The notes: a model not told the origin generated them from the sequence alone. A stretch of DNA of 61,095 bases, filler included, from Bipalium vagum (GCA_037834085.1; 3 parts of 3 records of this genome joined end to end with filler, not necessarily neighbours in it); one strand, 5' to 3'; shown: positions 28,030 to 42,171, numbered from the whole stretch's first letter. Numbers and translations: made by a program.

Positions 28030-28382
28030 TTAGGTTGTAACATAATTTTTCGTACTTTTCAATTAAACATTATGGGAAATAATACCTAAACCTCTATGTT
28101 GCCCGGGCATCGCGAATTCAGATTACTATTTGTTCTGATCTTTACAACATTTCTTTCATGGTAAAAAGTTTGACTGAATTCATAATATCGAACTTGCCAA
28201 GACTACGTTCTTTAATGAGAGGTCCAATCCCCGGTATGATAGTGGGTTCGAAAATTTGATTAAACGTTTGGAATAGGTTTTAGATAAAAATGGAGAATAT
28301 GTACTTGATTGACTTTTTTTGTTTTTTGTATAAATATATTTAAATTTCCTGGAAAGGCGAACTTTTAATTTGAAAACCCTAA
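28030..28382 (+). mobile_element. Short non-autonomous mariner derivative (both termini, TA-flanked) in nAChR intron 1
   Basis: TA|TTAGGTTG ... AAAACCCTAA|TA; contains SDYYLF*SLQHFFHGKKF...LIKRLE*VLDKNGEYVLD*. Confidence 0.85.
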
Positions 28383-28469
28383 TATATTTTTAAGCAATAG
28401 AACATAATTTATTTATATATTGAAATATCAATCGAAAATGTAATTTAGGTCATTAGCACCATCTCTCAA

Positions 28470-29300
28470 CTTTCTAACTTTTCCAAACATTTATTCAATA
28501 AAGCGCTAGATCTTCTTAAAAAAATTGCTGAACCATTTTTAATGGTCTTCTCCTCCTCCTCCGACTTAATGCTTTCACATGGTTAGGCCTCGAGCGGAGA
28601 AGATAGAAATATATTGGTGCAAGAACATTGAAATACGGGGAGTTTTAAAGATCTCCCTAATTGAGCTTTTAGAGGGTAGTTTTGAAGCTATTTGTGCGTT
28701 TTCACTTAGAATGATTTTGGATAGTTAATTCTGCCTTTTCTTTTATTTCATTCACTCGATTCAATTGAATTATTTATAGGTAATTAATGACTACCTAGTT
28801 TTTCTGGTTCATTTCTCAGTGTATGAAACCCACACAATCCCAGCAAAAAGAGATAATGATTTTTTAAAAGTGAAAGTCTTGTTTAATTTTGGGAGTTACA
28901 GTACAAGGAGAAGCTAATCATTCCTGTACTTCAGGATTTTTTTTAATCACTGCCTCTCATCTTCCGTGATGATTCGATAAAGAAACTAATCCTTGTGGCA
29001 TCGTGTTGCTCTGTGTCAAACAAGATTTTGAGGTGCAATTTTACACAACTTTTTCTGATTTTTTCTCACAGCCCATATAACACACTACCAATTTGATGTT
29101 ATGTAGCGGAATAATGTTAATGGGTGCTGTTCATCCTCTCTCTGAAACAATTTTCTGCATGTCTAACGCCATCATCTTTTACGAGTGCAATCAATTCGTC
29201 ATCGTCTTTTTTTGAATTTCTCGTACTAATATTATTTGTAGTGAAGGTCAAAATATGTTTGTCATAAACATTTAAAAGTCACGGGACTGCTTCTTAAGTT
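28470..29300 (-). mobile_element. Decayed mariner relic
   Basis: FLYRIITEDER, IISFCWDCVGFIH and PYFNVLAP remnants in the expected order. Confidence 0.65.
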
Positions 29301-30512
29301 GATTAAAAAAATAACAATAGGTTGCGGAAGTGATATTTTGATAAACTTATCACAGCATATCAAAGCTGTCAAATATAAATAAAATGAAATGACATAGAAA
29401 ATTTAACTGTATCTCTATAGAACAGAAAAAAGTCTTTCAAATAATTATTATTGAATAAATATGATACCATAAGACCAAACCATAAGATAATGAAATCAGG
29501 AAAACCTATGTGACAACCTACTATTTTCAACCAATAATATGTTAGCGTATAAAACGAAAAAAAAATCATAAACTTCATAAATTGAAAGAGAAAAAATAAT
29601 TTTAAAATGATGCGAGTATATTTGAAAGAATGAAACAATTTTTCTGCTGCGAAAGTTTTTAAATGTAAAATAATTATTTTATCTTCGAAATTCTTCAAAA
29701 GATAATTCATTATTCTTTTTTACGATCGAAACATTGCAGTAAAACAAAGTGAAAGTATTTGAGTATTTTGCAAGCAGAATAATTTTCCTAAAAGGATTTT
29801 AGGAAATGTTTTTTGTTTTCAGTGCTGTTCAGAAGCAGAACAGTTCAGAGACAAGGTATTAATAATTAAAAATTAATTATTTTTAAGATTAGTATTATCA
29901 GTTTCGACTGTACTCATCATAAAGTCTGGATGGACCTCTAATTCTTTTCCATTATCCCGTTAATAAAACTTATCATTAACATTTTTATGTCAGACTATTA
30001 TTACAATAATAAAAAAAATATAAAAAGAGTGAATTTATTTTGAATTTTTTTCCAAAATATTTTTTAATAAAAAATCTTTGTAACATTATCATCACAATTT
30101 TTTATTATTATTATTTTCACAAATTATAATTTTTTATGAATAATTTTTTTGGTATTGTCTTTTGTCCACGTATGAGAGCTTTTTTCGGTTATAATTGAAA
30201 TTATACACGTACCAATTTTTTTCTCTTTTAAAATTTAATCAATTTACTTTTTTTTACTTGATTATGTTTTCTTTCATTATTTGTCATTATATTTTTATTT
30301 TATTGATTGATAAAGAAGTTGCTGTAAAAAGTTTACATAAATGTGATATCAGAAGCTTTTATTAAAATTCTTAGAATTCTTTATTTTAGAATTCTTTTAT
30401 TTTAAAATAAAATTCACATAATCACATTGTTTGTTTTACTGATGGGAGACATTTACTGAACATTTATTTATGATTAATATAAATAATATTTTTAAGCTAA
30501 CCTAATTTTTCA

Positions 30513-30699
30513 NNNNNNNNNNNNNNNNNNNNNNNNNNNNNNNNNNNNNNNNNNNNNNNNNNNNNNNNNNNNNNNNNNNNNNNNNNNNNNNNNNNNNNNN
30601 NNNNNNNNNNNNNNNNNNNNNNNNNNNNNNNNNNNNNNNNNNNNNNNNNNNNNNNNNNNNNNNNNNNNNNNNNNNNNNNNNNNNNNNNNNNNNNNNNNN
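30513..30699. other. Scaffold gap (187 N)
   Basis: Run of N. Confidence 0.99.
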
Positions 30700-32601
30700 T
30701 AATAATAAGTTATAAAACTTGATTAGTAACTTTATTTAGAAAAACAATGTTCAATTAGTAATAAAATTTTAAAATAATTAATTAATTTATTAAATATAAA
30801 ATATAAACATCAAATAGAATCAAAGCTTTCAACTCCGTTCCAAATAAGTTTTCAATTTTAATTTATATATTCTTTTTTTCCTTTTTTTTCTTGGTATCAT
30901 TTATTGCTAGATAAAGAATTCGTCATTTTATTTCTTTAATATTCAACACCATTAAAACAAAAATATGAATTCATTTATGTCAACATAAAATTCACAATTT
31001 AATCACATTGTTTGAGTCTGCATTGTTACATTTCAGAGACATTTTCTAAATATTTTTATTTCATTTTAAAAATAAAAAATATTATTTCATATTTTATTTA
31101 TATTCCCAATGAACGTCGTTTCTCATTTACCTGCTAAACGTTATTTTAATAAAAGTTACCAGATAAAAAACGTCTAGAACAATAAACATTAAAACATTCA
31201 ACGATAATCTTATTCAGCAAAAAATATTTTCAATTAATAATAAAATTAATTAAAATAATTAATTAATTTATTAAAATATGAAACGTCAAATGGAATTAGA
31301 GCTTTCAACTCCGTTCCAAATAATCTTTCGATTTGAATTATTTGCATATTCTTTAATTAAAAGCCATCTTTTATTGAGATTTGCTTTGAAACCGTTTACC
31401 GATTATTTTAATTAATAATTTTAAATACTTTCCTAAACGTGAAAGGAGCAATGTGTTTTCCAAGTCAAACTTTTGTTTGAAATGAAATTATTATTTAATG
31501 CAATGAAAAAACAGGACGGAAATGAAGTTCATTTATTAATCCTTGTTGGATCGTACAAGTGATTGCCTTTCTATTATGTGATTGACAGTTAAAGAGGAAA
31601 TTGACAATTTGAAAGGTTGCTCCAGACCTGTCGTATACATGTTCATATGAAAAACAGCTGCGACTATGGATTCACCAAAGGCGTTTTCCCTATGATGAAA
31701 AAGAAACAGAAATGTATATATTTTTAAAAAAGAATTTTATTTTTTAAAAAATAAATTCTCACTGCATATTGAACATATCCAACACAAAGGCAGATTCTGT
31801 TTCTTTTTCCATCAGAAGAGTTTTACAAATTTGCTACCTTTTATTTCCCAAATAAAGGCTTGGGCAGTGTTTGTATCTTCTAAAGTAATTGGGAAAACGA
31901 ATTTCTCTCAAACAGCTGAAAACGTCTCCTATGAGATCTAATTAGACACAATATACAAACGAACGGTCGAATCTCATATTTTTATATTTTCCTTGAAATA
32001 TTATCAATAGTTATTTAATTATCCTTTTCAAAGATAAGTCTTTTTTATGTCATATCTCCACATAACCTCAGTTTCCATAGAGTTTTAAATTGGAATTCGC
32101 TTTTACCATTTTTTTCTGTCAAGACAAACGTTTGATGGAGCCTTTGTCACTCGGTACAGCCCTCTGGAAATGGGTTGAGTCGTGAATGAAAGCACGACTT
32201 AGCTTATTTCCTTTTACTAAACTTAATTTCGTTTATTTTTCATTTGATATTTTCCTCTTATCCCAGTTTCATTTACTGCTCATGTATTATAATAAGTAAT
32301 ATTTTTAATGATAATAATAATAATTAGCTCTACAGTTTCTTTAAGTTGTTTTTTCTGAGAAGATTGGTCGAAATTCTTTGAGGGAGATTAATTATTTTTA
32401 TCTATTGTGAAGTGACGTTAAATAAGCCCGTAATAAATTAAAAAATAAATAAAATAAATAATACATATGTGTGAAAAATATTATAAAAATATTATAAAAC
32501 TGTTTTCATTTCATATTATTATAGAAAAGACAGCAGACGCATTCTGTCATACTTTTACTCTTGAATGTTACAATCAATTATATTCAACATTTCTATTTCA
32601 G

Positions 32602-32780
32602 GCAATGATCAATCTTTGAAATATAGAAAAACCCTTTGGGACCCGCTTAATCTACCAGAAGAACATCGCTTATACAGAAAATTAATGAGTGAATATGAAC
32701 CTTCTGTACGACCTGTAAGGAACTCATCAAAACCCGTTATGGTCAAAATGGGCATTACCTTGACCCAAATCTTTGATATG
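32602..32780 (+). CDS. Nicotinic acetylcholine receptor (Cys-loop LGIC) subunit, N-terminal ligand-binding-domain exon; gene incomplete in window
   Basis: tttcag acceptor and ATG|gtaatt donor; EEHRLYRKLMSEYEPSVRPVRNSSKPVMVKMGITLTQIFDM matches the nAChR helix-1 / RPV / 'L.QI.D.' motif, with the conserved phase-0 intron before DEKNQ. Confidence 0.9.
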
Positions 32781-33434
32781 GTAATTGAATTAAATTATTT
32801 AGTGTCATTAAAACTAATTGATGTTGCCAAAAGGAAAGAGAAACAATAAATATTTTCTCAAATTTTAAACATTTTCAGTATAATAATAATAATTATTATT
32901 ATTTAATATTGTGATTAATATTTTAAATTTATTAACACCATCACTAATGAACATAGTAAACCTAATACTTGATGAAACTTGTCAAACTGTACCTCTTTCG
33001 ATTCCCTGACTCTTCTGATATATTTGTATTTGTATTTTTGCGTTATGCTCTGCTTTATTCTATATATAAATAAAAGTAAAAGAATCGATTTGGGAAAAAG
33101 AGAATGATCAATGTCTGGAGGAATTATGAATGTATAATTCAATTTAAGTTTGAACCACGGCCTGTCCCACATAATAACGGCTCTTATTTTTGAAAATAAT
33201 ACATTGTTTTGTTATTATTTTTCCATATAATTGCATTATAACTTGTGTCAGTTTTGAAATCAAGGAAACCTTTGGTACAATCTAATATTTGAAAATCTTC
33301 TGTTGCAAATTTACTGAAACTATTCAATCAAAAGAAAAGAATTAATAATCCAATAAAATGTAGATTACAAAGAATATAAATTACAGGAGAAGTAAAAAAA
33401 TTCTCATAAAATATCAGTCAAATAAATAATTATA

Positions 33435-33810
33435 CAGGGTGAGCGAGTAGAATTGGCGTGATTTTAAACTGGTAAAATTTAGATGATATAGAATTTTATT
33501 GATATATATTATTGATTTAATATATACAGTAAACATTAAGATTTAAAAAATGTCAAATTCAAATCGGTTGAACAACTATGAATGGCCTGAGGAGTGGAGA
33601 AGGAATGTCATGGTTTACTCCTTATGTGCTGGGATGACGAACACAGAAATGTTGAAGATGTTAAAGTTTCCATTGAGGACTATCCAGCGATATATGAAAC
33701 ATCTAATGGATTCAAATTATGCTATAGAAGATCTGTTTGTGAGGAAAATACAAGATCGATCTAAACAGAGAGTTAGCCGTGTCAATTTTATTAAGGATAC
33801 TCGTTGAGAA
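33435..33810 (+). mobile_element. 5' end of a maT (DD37D)-like element: TIR plus N-terminal HTH
   Basis: TA|CAGGGTG terminus; ORF 33550..33807 EEWRRNVMVYSLCAGMTNTEMLKMLKFPLRTIQRY is a transposase HTH; truncated. Confidence 0.7.
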
Positions 33811-34875
33811 TGATCCTTATAATTATATATAATTTTACCATTATTTTAAAAATTTAGCGTCTAATTAATTATTTTTTATTTATATTATTTATTTTCCAGT
33901 TATAAAAATCCGAAAAGGTAAAGGTAAAAATAAACAAAATTAATCTTTGACAGGTTAATGTTGCAGAAAATACCGAAAAAAGAATAATTAAGTTGAAATA
34001 TTATTGAAATTTTTTTTTGTTTTACCATTGCGAGACAATTGATGAAACCAGAGCTGCTAATGTTAAATAAAATTTAATCTTTTCGTTAAAAAATTATTTT
34101 TGGAAAATAATTTATTCAACTGAAATCCGTGCAGCCTGAAAACCTTGCATTTAAAATTCCGAAAAAGGATTTAATCCAATTTGTATCGATTTTGCCAGAA
34201 TAAATTAAAAGAATAAATCGAAATCAAGTGGAAAATGTCAACTTTGTTACTTTAATTGACTTTGGGTCTGATATTTCTGACAGCACTGTCCGATGTAGGA
34301 CAGTAATGGAAAAATATATATCTGGAAATGGTCATTGAAAAGACAAAACTCGTTCAGGGGCCCCCTAATTTGTCACTGATCTGAAAAAAATCTTGACAAT
34401 TATCGTAACAGAGATCAAGATTCCGGGCTTGATTTTGCGGACTTGATTTTGCTTTGATTTATTTTATTTGAATTTCACTGATTAATTAATAAAGGATTAA
34501 TTAAAATTCTCCAAAGAAATGCAAAAACACGTTCCCTATTTATTTATAAATTTTATTTCATGTTGAAAATTACCTTCAATAATTAAATAAATTTCATTTT
34601 TCAAAGAAAGGATTATGAAAGAACATTATCCTTCCTTTATCTTTGGATATTAAATATGAAATATTTTTTTAACTAATATTTTTTCAGAATTAATATAAAT
34701 ATAAATAATATTAAATTTCTATTATTTTCTCTGATTTTCATTTTATTAATGTTTCTCTATCTTTCAACATTTAATCTTGGTTTCTCTTTTTGGCTTTGTT
34801 ACTCAAATTGATTGAAGCATTGAATTATAAAATTTAAAAGGAGATAATTAAGTAATAAGAATATATAATTAATAT

Positions 34876-34877
34876 TA

Positions 34878-34913
<36 letters not shown>
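34876..34913. repeat. (TTA)n microsatellite
   Basis: Trinucleotide run. Confidence 0.9.
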
Positions 34914-34916
<3 letters not shown>

Positions 34917-35419
34917 ATTAATATAATATAAGTAAATATTATTATATATTTTTAATTATATTACTCAAAACAACCTATTTGTCTCAGAAGTTACAATGCC
35001 AATGAAATATAATATTGTACTGACACTTGAAATTTACCTGTTAGAAGATCTTATGTAATCAAAACGATTTTCATTGATATCGTTCAACTCCTGAAAAAGT
35101 ATCACATGTTCTGAATTTTGTATTAAGTTTTGGTCTAACTGGTAATAGAACAAGAAATAGAACAAAGAACAAATGTTAATTAAGTTGGTTCAAAGTTCCA
35201 CCGAAACATTACAGATGATTAAAACCACCTAATGTAACGATGTTTTCAAATGCAAAAATATATTTAAGTCACATTGATGGAGTATATATAATGTATATAT
35301 ATTACTTTAAAATATTTTATACATTCTTATAGGAAAACCTCAAACAGATTTTTTAACGTTGCAAATGCTTTATAACAACAATAAAGATAAGAAAACACGG
35401 TGTATTTATTTCATATACA

Positions 35420-36094
35420 TACTGGATCATACTGAAATATCCACGTCTCATCACCCGTAATAATGTTATTTAAAAAACTATTATCTTTATCAATTCATTC
35501 CAAGATATCAGAACAAACATTGGCTCTGTTTCGCCTTTGTTCGTATGACAAGACTTTAGGAACAAATTTCGCACAAACTTTCTTCATGCCTACGATCTGT
35601 GTGAAAATGTGTCGAACACCTTCTCTGTTCATATTTAGCAATTCTGCAAGATGACGAACACCAATTTTATGATCCATCCTGATTGCAATGACGTCATTGA
35701 ATAATGTGCATGGTCGGCCGCGACGGTCGTCATCATCCACTGATGCTCAGCCTTCTGAAAATCTTTTGTGCCATTAAAAATCAAGTGCGCTAAATAAACA
35801 ATTCTTGCCGTAAGCTTCTGACAACATTTCGCACGTCTCACTTGCTGATTAAGTTAAACAAGAAATTTGATATTGACGTGGTGCTCGTTTTTTACATTCG
35901 ACATTTTTCGACTAAACATAAAAATATACCTAATTTAAAACAGATTTAAGTATCTACAAACTTTATTAATTAAATTGAAACTTCTTGAAACGATAAAACA
36001 AAGACGAATGTATAATATAATTTTTATTCGAATAAAAACTAAGAGTAATTATTTCTTTTTTTAAGTAATCTTGTTATTTTTCTGTCACACCATG
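35420..36094 (-). mobile_element. 5' half of a mariner element
   Basis: TA|CATGGTGTGACAGAAAA terminus; DDDRRGRP...GMKKVCAKFVPKVLSYEQRRNR...FLNNIITGDETWIFQYDP. Confidence 0.9.
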
Positions 36095-36199
36095 TATATA
36101 ATATAAAACATAGATATCTGTAGATACAGAGGTAAAAATAGAAACCTTTTTAGTTAGTAATCAGATTATTATAATTTTTATGATTAGAACAAAATTGAC

Positions 36200-37330
36200 T
36201 TATTTCCAGTACTTAATAGCTTTTCCTTTATTTAAAATAAGTTCAATTAGTATCTTCATGGATTGCACAATTGTATGATAAAGTCCTTTTGTAGTTCATC
36301 CCAAGACAAATCAGATATCATACCAACTACCATTATCATAAGTACTTATTATTATACCCTATAGGTTTTCAATCGGATAATATCTGTACTACATTCTGGC
36401 CAATCTGTATAATATTGTTAGTTTGAAACAACTCAAAGATAGAATTTTATAATGTTTTGCTTTAGGAACATTACTGAAATAGTTAGACAGCACTTATAAG
36501 TGTTTCAAATTATGGTAATAACTGATTTTGTTTAACATTTCTTGATAATTATTATAATAATTTATAATTTATTGCATTATTTTTCCTAGTTATGAGAATA
36601 ATGTTGTACCTTTAACAAAAAATCAACCTCAAACATTCACTGATCTACTGTATCAAATACGTCTGGTACAATATTAATTTCCTTTCTTAATGTTCTGCCA
36701 AAAATATTGCAACCCACCTGAACTATGTAGCTTAAATTTCTTCTCATCAAAAATATTACATTTTTCCATTGTATATCCAAAATCTGGTAAGTTCTGACAA
36801 GTTAAAGACGAGTTTCAATATAATGATTTTCTAATTTTGGAGCAGCTATTTTTTGCATACTTCAAATTGCCATTTATGTAATTTAGTATGTATTCTTATA
36901 TATTTACTCCAATACTGAAATGTGTCTTTATCTTTGTTGAAGTCAGTCGTATAATGCACATGTTATCTTTTTCTGATAATATTCATTGTATTCCAAAATT
37001 TTTTTCCTCTTCACGTGACCCTCGCATTAGACATTTAATGTCCTATGAGTTTCTTCGCAGATCAAATGCTCTCGAAACCGCTCGAAATATCATATAGGAT
37101 ATATATGCTCTAAATCCAAATGCTGTAAATAATAGACTGTGGTCTGAAGATGACATCTCGTGAATTAGGGCAAAATCTTGAGAAACATAACAGTTTTAAT
37201 CAATTTATGTTTATTGTGAAGCTCTTTGGATACTGTTGCGTTCCATACAAATCGTCTCCACATAACCTTTTGCTGAGAATTACCATCTTTTCTTCATTAC
37301 CTGCCAGACAGAAATTGTGTCCATTTTAGG
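36200..37330 (-). mobile_element. Decayed Tc1/Tc3-like (DD34E) element(s)
   Basis: IFDEKKFKL...GGLQYFWQNIKK (cf. FSDEKKFNLDGPDG..YYWHDLRK), DWPECSTDI..IENL, SWDELQKDFI; N-terminal DGNSQQKV..RF...ATVSK. Confidence 0.7.
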
Positions 37331-38629
37331 ATTTAATTTACCAGAATAGTTTGATTTTGATATAGAATTTAAGAGCAACAATTCAACAATGTCTCCTGAA
37401 TAATAATATTAAGTTCATCTGCAAAAGAGCAGTTTGAGATCTTGATTAGGAAAATACCAGATTTCCAATTTGAGAATTCTAAATATTTCCAATACCTACC
37501 ATTCTGAACCGCCACAACTGAAGTTTTGGAAATATTTCTAAAGATGATTTCCATTGTTCTGAAATATTTTTAAAACTCCTTCCAAAGCTGTACGGAATCC
37601 CGGTGAATGTATTCAAACAAATGTTCACATTGTACTACTTCTTTTACTTCACACATTTCCCACGAGACTCTCTGTGTATGTCAGAAAGTAAATATTTCAT
37701 TTATATGTAAATATATTATAATAATATTTTTGGATAGATATTTTCAAAATGAACAAAATTTAAAATTCTCATTTGATGGCTTAAGAAAGGAAGCTCAAAA
37801 ATTACAAAAGACGTTTCGATATATCAACTTGATAACTGTTATAAATAAGTCTTAAATATAACCGTGAAATCAAAATAGCTTTGTTAATTCGACTTATTTA
37901 TACTAAAAAAGTAAGATGGAATGACAAAAATAATTATTTGGGAAAACCATAACTATATAACCCATACATAAGGATTTTTGAAAAGCGGATAATAAAATCA
38001 TTTTAATTTTTACTGGATTAGTTTCAAATTAAATTATTTTCAACATAATAATTATAATGTAATAATATAAAAATAATAAAATATTATTAATAACATTTAA
38101 CGTAAGAAAGATATAGTTTTGTTTTAATATTCGCAATATATCAATGCCATTTATGATTGTTGTGAAATAACAAGCAACATTAATTATGGATGAATGTAAG
38201 GAAACCAATAAAAATTTAAGCAAAGAAATATAATTGGATAGCTAAAAGAAAAAGTAGAAAACATTGAAGCAAAAGTCGAGTATACAGATCAATAAAGATA
38301 ATTAAGAAAAGCTTATCATATGGACTTTACTCTTATTTAATGATTTAATTTTGATAACTTTATTATTTCGATATTTTAACTTATTGATTATATAGGATGA
38401 AAGTGTGAAAGAATGACAATTTTGGCTTATGTAGGAAACAACGCATTACATACATCATGACGATTATTATATAATTTGATAAAAATTGCTTAAATCCTTA
38501 AAAAATAAAATAAAATTTTGAACATCGTGCAAAAATTATTTATGCGTTTGGAAAATTTCAATTTTTGGATATATAACTAACTACACCTATCAAATGATCT
38601 CAATAGAAAATCATGGAAGTACATTCATA

Positions 38630-39726
38630 TTAGGGTTTTCAAATTGAAAGTTTTTTTTGGAGATTTAAATTTATTTATACAAATAAAAAAACGAAGTCAA
38701 TCATGTATATTTTCTCAATTTTTATTATCAACTTTTGATGCCATTGTCATACCATGGTTTAAGTCACGGCCACTTCGATATCATGAATTTTGCCAGGAAG
38801 GGAATTTTGTAAATAACAGAACAAGTAGTAATCCGAAGGCGCGATGTCTGGGCCCTAAGGAGGATGAATCATTGTTTCCCATTGTAAGACTTTCAGCTTT
38901 GGTTGGGTCACTTTTGCAGAGTGTGGCCTGCGCGTTGTGATAAAAAATTATTTTGTTTCTATTGATCAATGAAGGACATTTTACAATAACTGCATCTCTC
39001 AAACGGTCACGAATTTTACAATATACATCAGAATTTATTATTGTTGTCTTATCCTTTTTCAATAATTCAACGTGAATTACGCATTTTAAATCATAGAAAA
39101 TACTCAATAAGACCTTATTTTGATAAAGTCTTACTTTCATAATAATAATAAGAATAATGAATGACAGATCTGAATTCGATTATTCTTCTGTTCTGGGATT
39201 TAATCATGAGGAACCAAAACACCTGTTGCTTTATCTATCTCGTTTATCTTTTTCCATACATTACTAACACAAAAGTTTAATAGAAGAGATAATTCTTCTA
39301 TTGTTTGTTTAAGATTTGTTTTTAACACATCATTAACCACCACAGATTGTCAATGCCCACGTGATTTGTTTTCCAAAATGAGATTGCCATTGTGAAACCT
39401 GTCGAACTATTTTTGGCATTTGCGAACATCAAGCATTTTACCGTAAACATCGTTGATATATTTGGTGGCAACGGTGGCATTTGATCCCTGTTTAACCTCA
39501 TACAGCATACATGCCAAACATGAGCGTCATTTTTGGAATTTTCATTCATTTATAAATACATTAAACTAATTTAATAGGACAATTTTTTATTATTGTTTAT
39601 ACTTGACATTGATTTTTGATTATAAATTGAATTTAAAAGTTTTGCCCAATATTATCGACGATATAAGCAATATTAAAACAACAATATTAGAAATTAAGAA
39701 ATGAACATTCGATTTAAAAACCTTAA
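38630..39726 (-). mobile_element. Near full-length decayed mariner with both termini
   Basis: TA|TTAGGGTTTTCAAAT ... TTTAAAAACCTTAA|TA; KVLLSIFYDLKCVIHVELLKKDKT.INSDVYC...IIFYHNAQ; same family as 28030-28382. Confidence 0.88.
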
Positions 39727-39959
39727 TAAGTATCTCAGTGTATTCATATTAACAACTTCATTAAGTAGAAATAACGTATACGATTGCGGCTCTTCACCAG
39801 TACTCGATAAGTGAATATCACATTTAGTGAATTAAATAAACAAAAACTACGTTTGATAATGAATTTTATAAAACTAGTTTTTTTCTCAAGAAAGTTAAAC
39901 TGTGGTAAAAATGCAAAACATTAGATAGCATCTTTTAATCTAATTTATAGTTTCCAATA

Positions 39960-40520
39960 TAAGTCTGGTGTAATATATCTACCGGTTTTCGCACTTCAAA
40001 GTGAATGATTCCATTTGAACACTGAGCAATGTTTATTCTCCATGCATGCTTGGCTATGAGTTGGTTTTTGAGGTTTTGTATGGGACAACCATTTTTTTGC
40101 TTAGTGAAGTCATACTGAATCCATTTCTCATCACTGGGGTGTTTGTTCTGTTGAAAAAAGAAGTATACTGCAGATTTACATTTCAGTCAATAAATGCCTC
40201 ATACATCTTTCTTCAAGGCATTTTTAGCAATTGACTTAAGGTAGTCAAAGTTCCTAAAATTTCATCCGTGGTCACCAAAGGATATATTCCTTTCTCAAGT
40301 TGCGAAGGATTTTTTCATCTATAGCAGATGGTCCTCCCGATTTTATTTTTGAAAACCATTTTCGTACCTTGCTATCATCTAACGATTTTTCACAAAAAGG
40401 ATTTATCCTTCACAAGGCTTCTCCTTCTGAATTGCCTTGTCAAAATCATATAGTATATCTTGTTTTCGGTGTTCCTCTGATCATTTAAAACTTCTCATTT
40501 TTAAATTAATTGCAGATATT
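39960..40520 (-). mobile_element. Decayed mariner fragment
   Basis: RKWFSKIKSGGP, SDEKWIQYD and GIIHFEV remnants. Confidence 0.7.
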
Positions 40521-42119
40521 TTAAATAACTCTTATCATTTAAGTATTACTTACTTTATTAATAAAATGATTTATAATAAGTTTATTGATTAATTTTATTT
40601 AAATGTTTATAAATTGGTCAGAAACAGACAAGTAGTTTTCAGGTGACCTCATACAAGTTGAATACTAAAATGTGATATTTGAAAACTTGACAATGTAAAG
40701 ACTAAAATCAGGCGGACATTGTTTTCGAATTTAATGAAGAACAGTTTAAATTTACAGTAATATAATACAAAATCAAATAGTTCAAAAATAAACAAAACAA
40801 TATTTCCTATAGCTGATTGAACTGTTTAGAAAGTTTATCTACATTTCTTATGACAGTATTCTCAAAATGACCTAGACGGAGATTTATTTAAACCAAACGA
40901 AGAATATTACATTCGAATACATAAACATTCAGTATTTAGTGTGCCAATTTCGTGCTTTGATAATACTACTCATTCATTTACAATTTAAATTTTAATGACT
41001 TACTATGACTACGTGTTTGAGTTTGAACCTCAGCGAGGTCTCTTATAGGTTTTCCACATTTCAGATCTAGATTTCCATGTCTTGTTGAAACCATCTCTTG
41101 CATTGACTATTACAACTACTACTAATAATAATTATTATAATAATATCAAGACACTCATCGCATGTTGTTCGATATCACTCTGCGGTAGTCTTTTTTTGTT
41201 TAAAATCATATCACAGACAAATGCGATTTTTGTATTTTTTGATCATTCATATTTATAATATTATTTTCCAACTAAAAAATTAATTAAATAAAAAATAATA
41301 TTAATAAAATATTATAAGTAAGACAAATACACATGAGAAATTTTAAATTAGGCCGTCTTTTGGGTATCTATCCAATAATAATTTTTATTTACTAAAACGC
41401 ACATTTCTATCTTAAAAGCTTATATAGATATATAATATATAATATGTAATATGTATAATATTTTAATGAATAAATATTTGATATAATATTTTTTGATTTA
41501 TAAAATGGACATTTCAATTTTAACAACTTTTTGATTTATTGAATTCTCCCCTCTTCGAAATCAAATACCAGGAGTAAGAACAACTCTTAAATGGCATAAA
41601 TTGGATTTCCTCACTTAACCTAAGATTTAACAAAGAGAACAAATCGGATATTAATTGAGAGGAAATTTACCAATGATTTTATCATATATTCGATATATAT
41701 GTATAAGATCAAAGAAAATATTTTTATTAAAAATTCCCCGTATTAATAATATTGAGTTATTTAATATTTTCTGAAAATAATAACTATTTATACTATAGAA
41801 AAATAGCCCATAATCATTATTTATTTTATATTATAATGAGCTGACAGCGTATCACACGTTCACATCTTTCTGATCAAAGACAACCTTATTTTTTTCTATA
41901 TTTTTTGATATTTTTTGTTATTGGTTTGTCCTCTATTTCAGCAAATAGTTTACATAAAGCGAAAATAAGAAAAATGATCATAAGACATTGAACGTTACCT
42001 TTACCACTTTAGGAGTTTGGTTATCTAAATAATATCATTTCACCGTTGCATGGAAAACTTTACGAAATTCAAACTGAATAAATAAAATAAAATTTAATTA
42101 TTTTTTGAAGCAAATTATG

Positions 42120-42120
<1 letters not shown>

Positions 42121-42171
<51 letters not shown>
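42121..42171. repeat. (TTA)n microsatellite running into an assembly gap
   Basis: Run ends at N; TATTATTAT resumes after the gap. Confidence 0.95.

Noticed and set aside
33095-33190. MINVW as nAChR exon 3 (TTNVW)
   Set aside because: No DEKNQ and no suitable acceptor; it reads better as a transposase VWGGI remnant.
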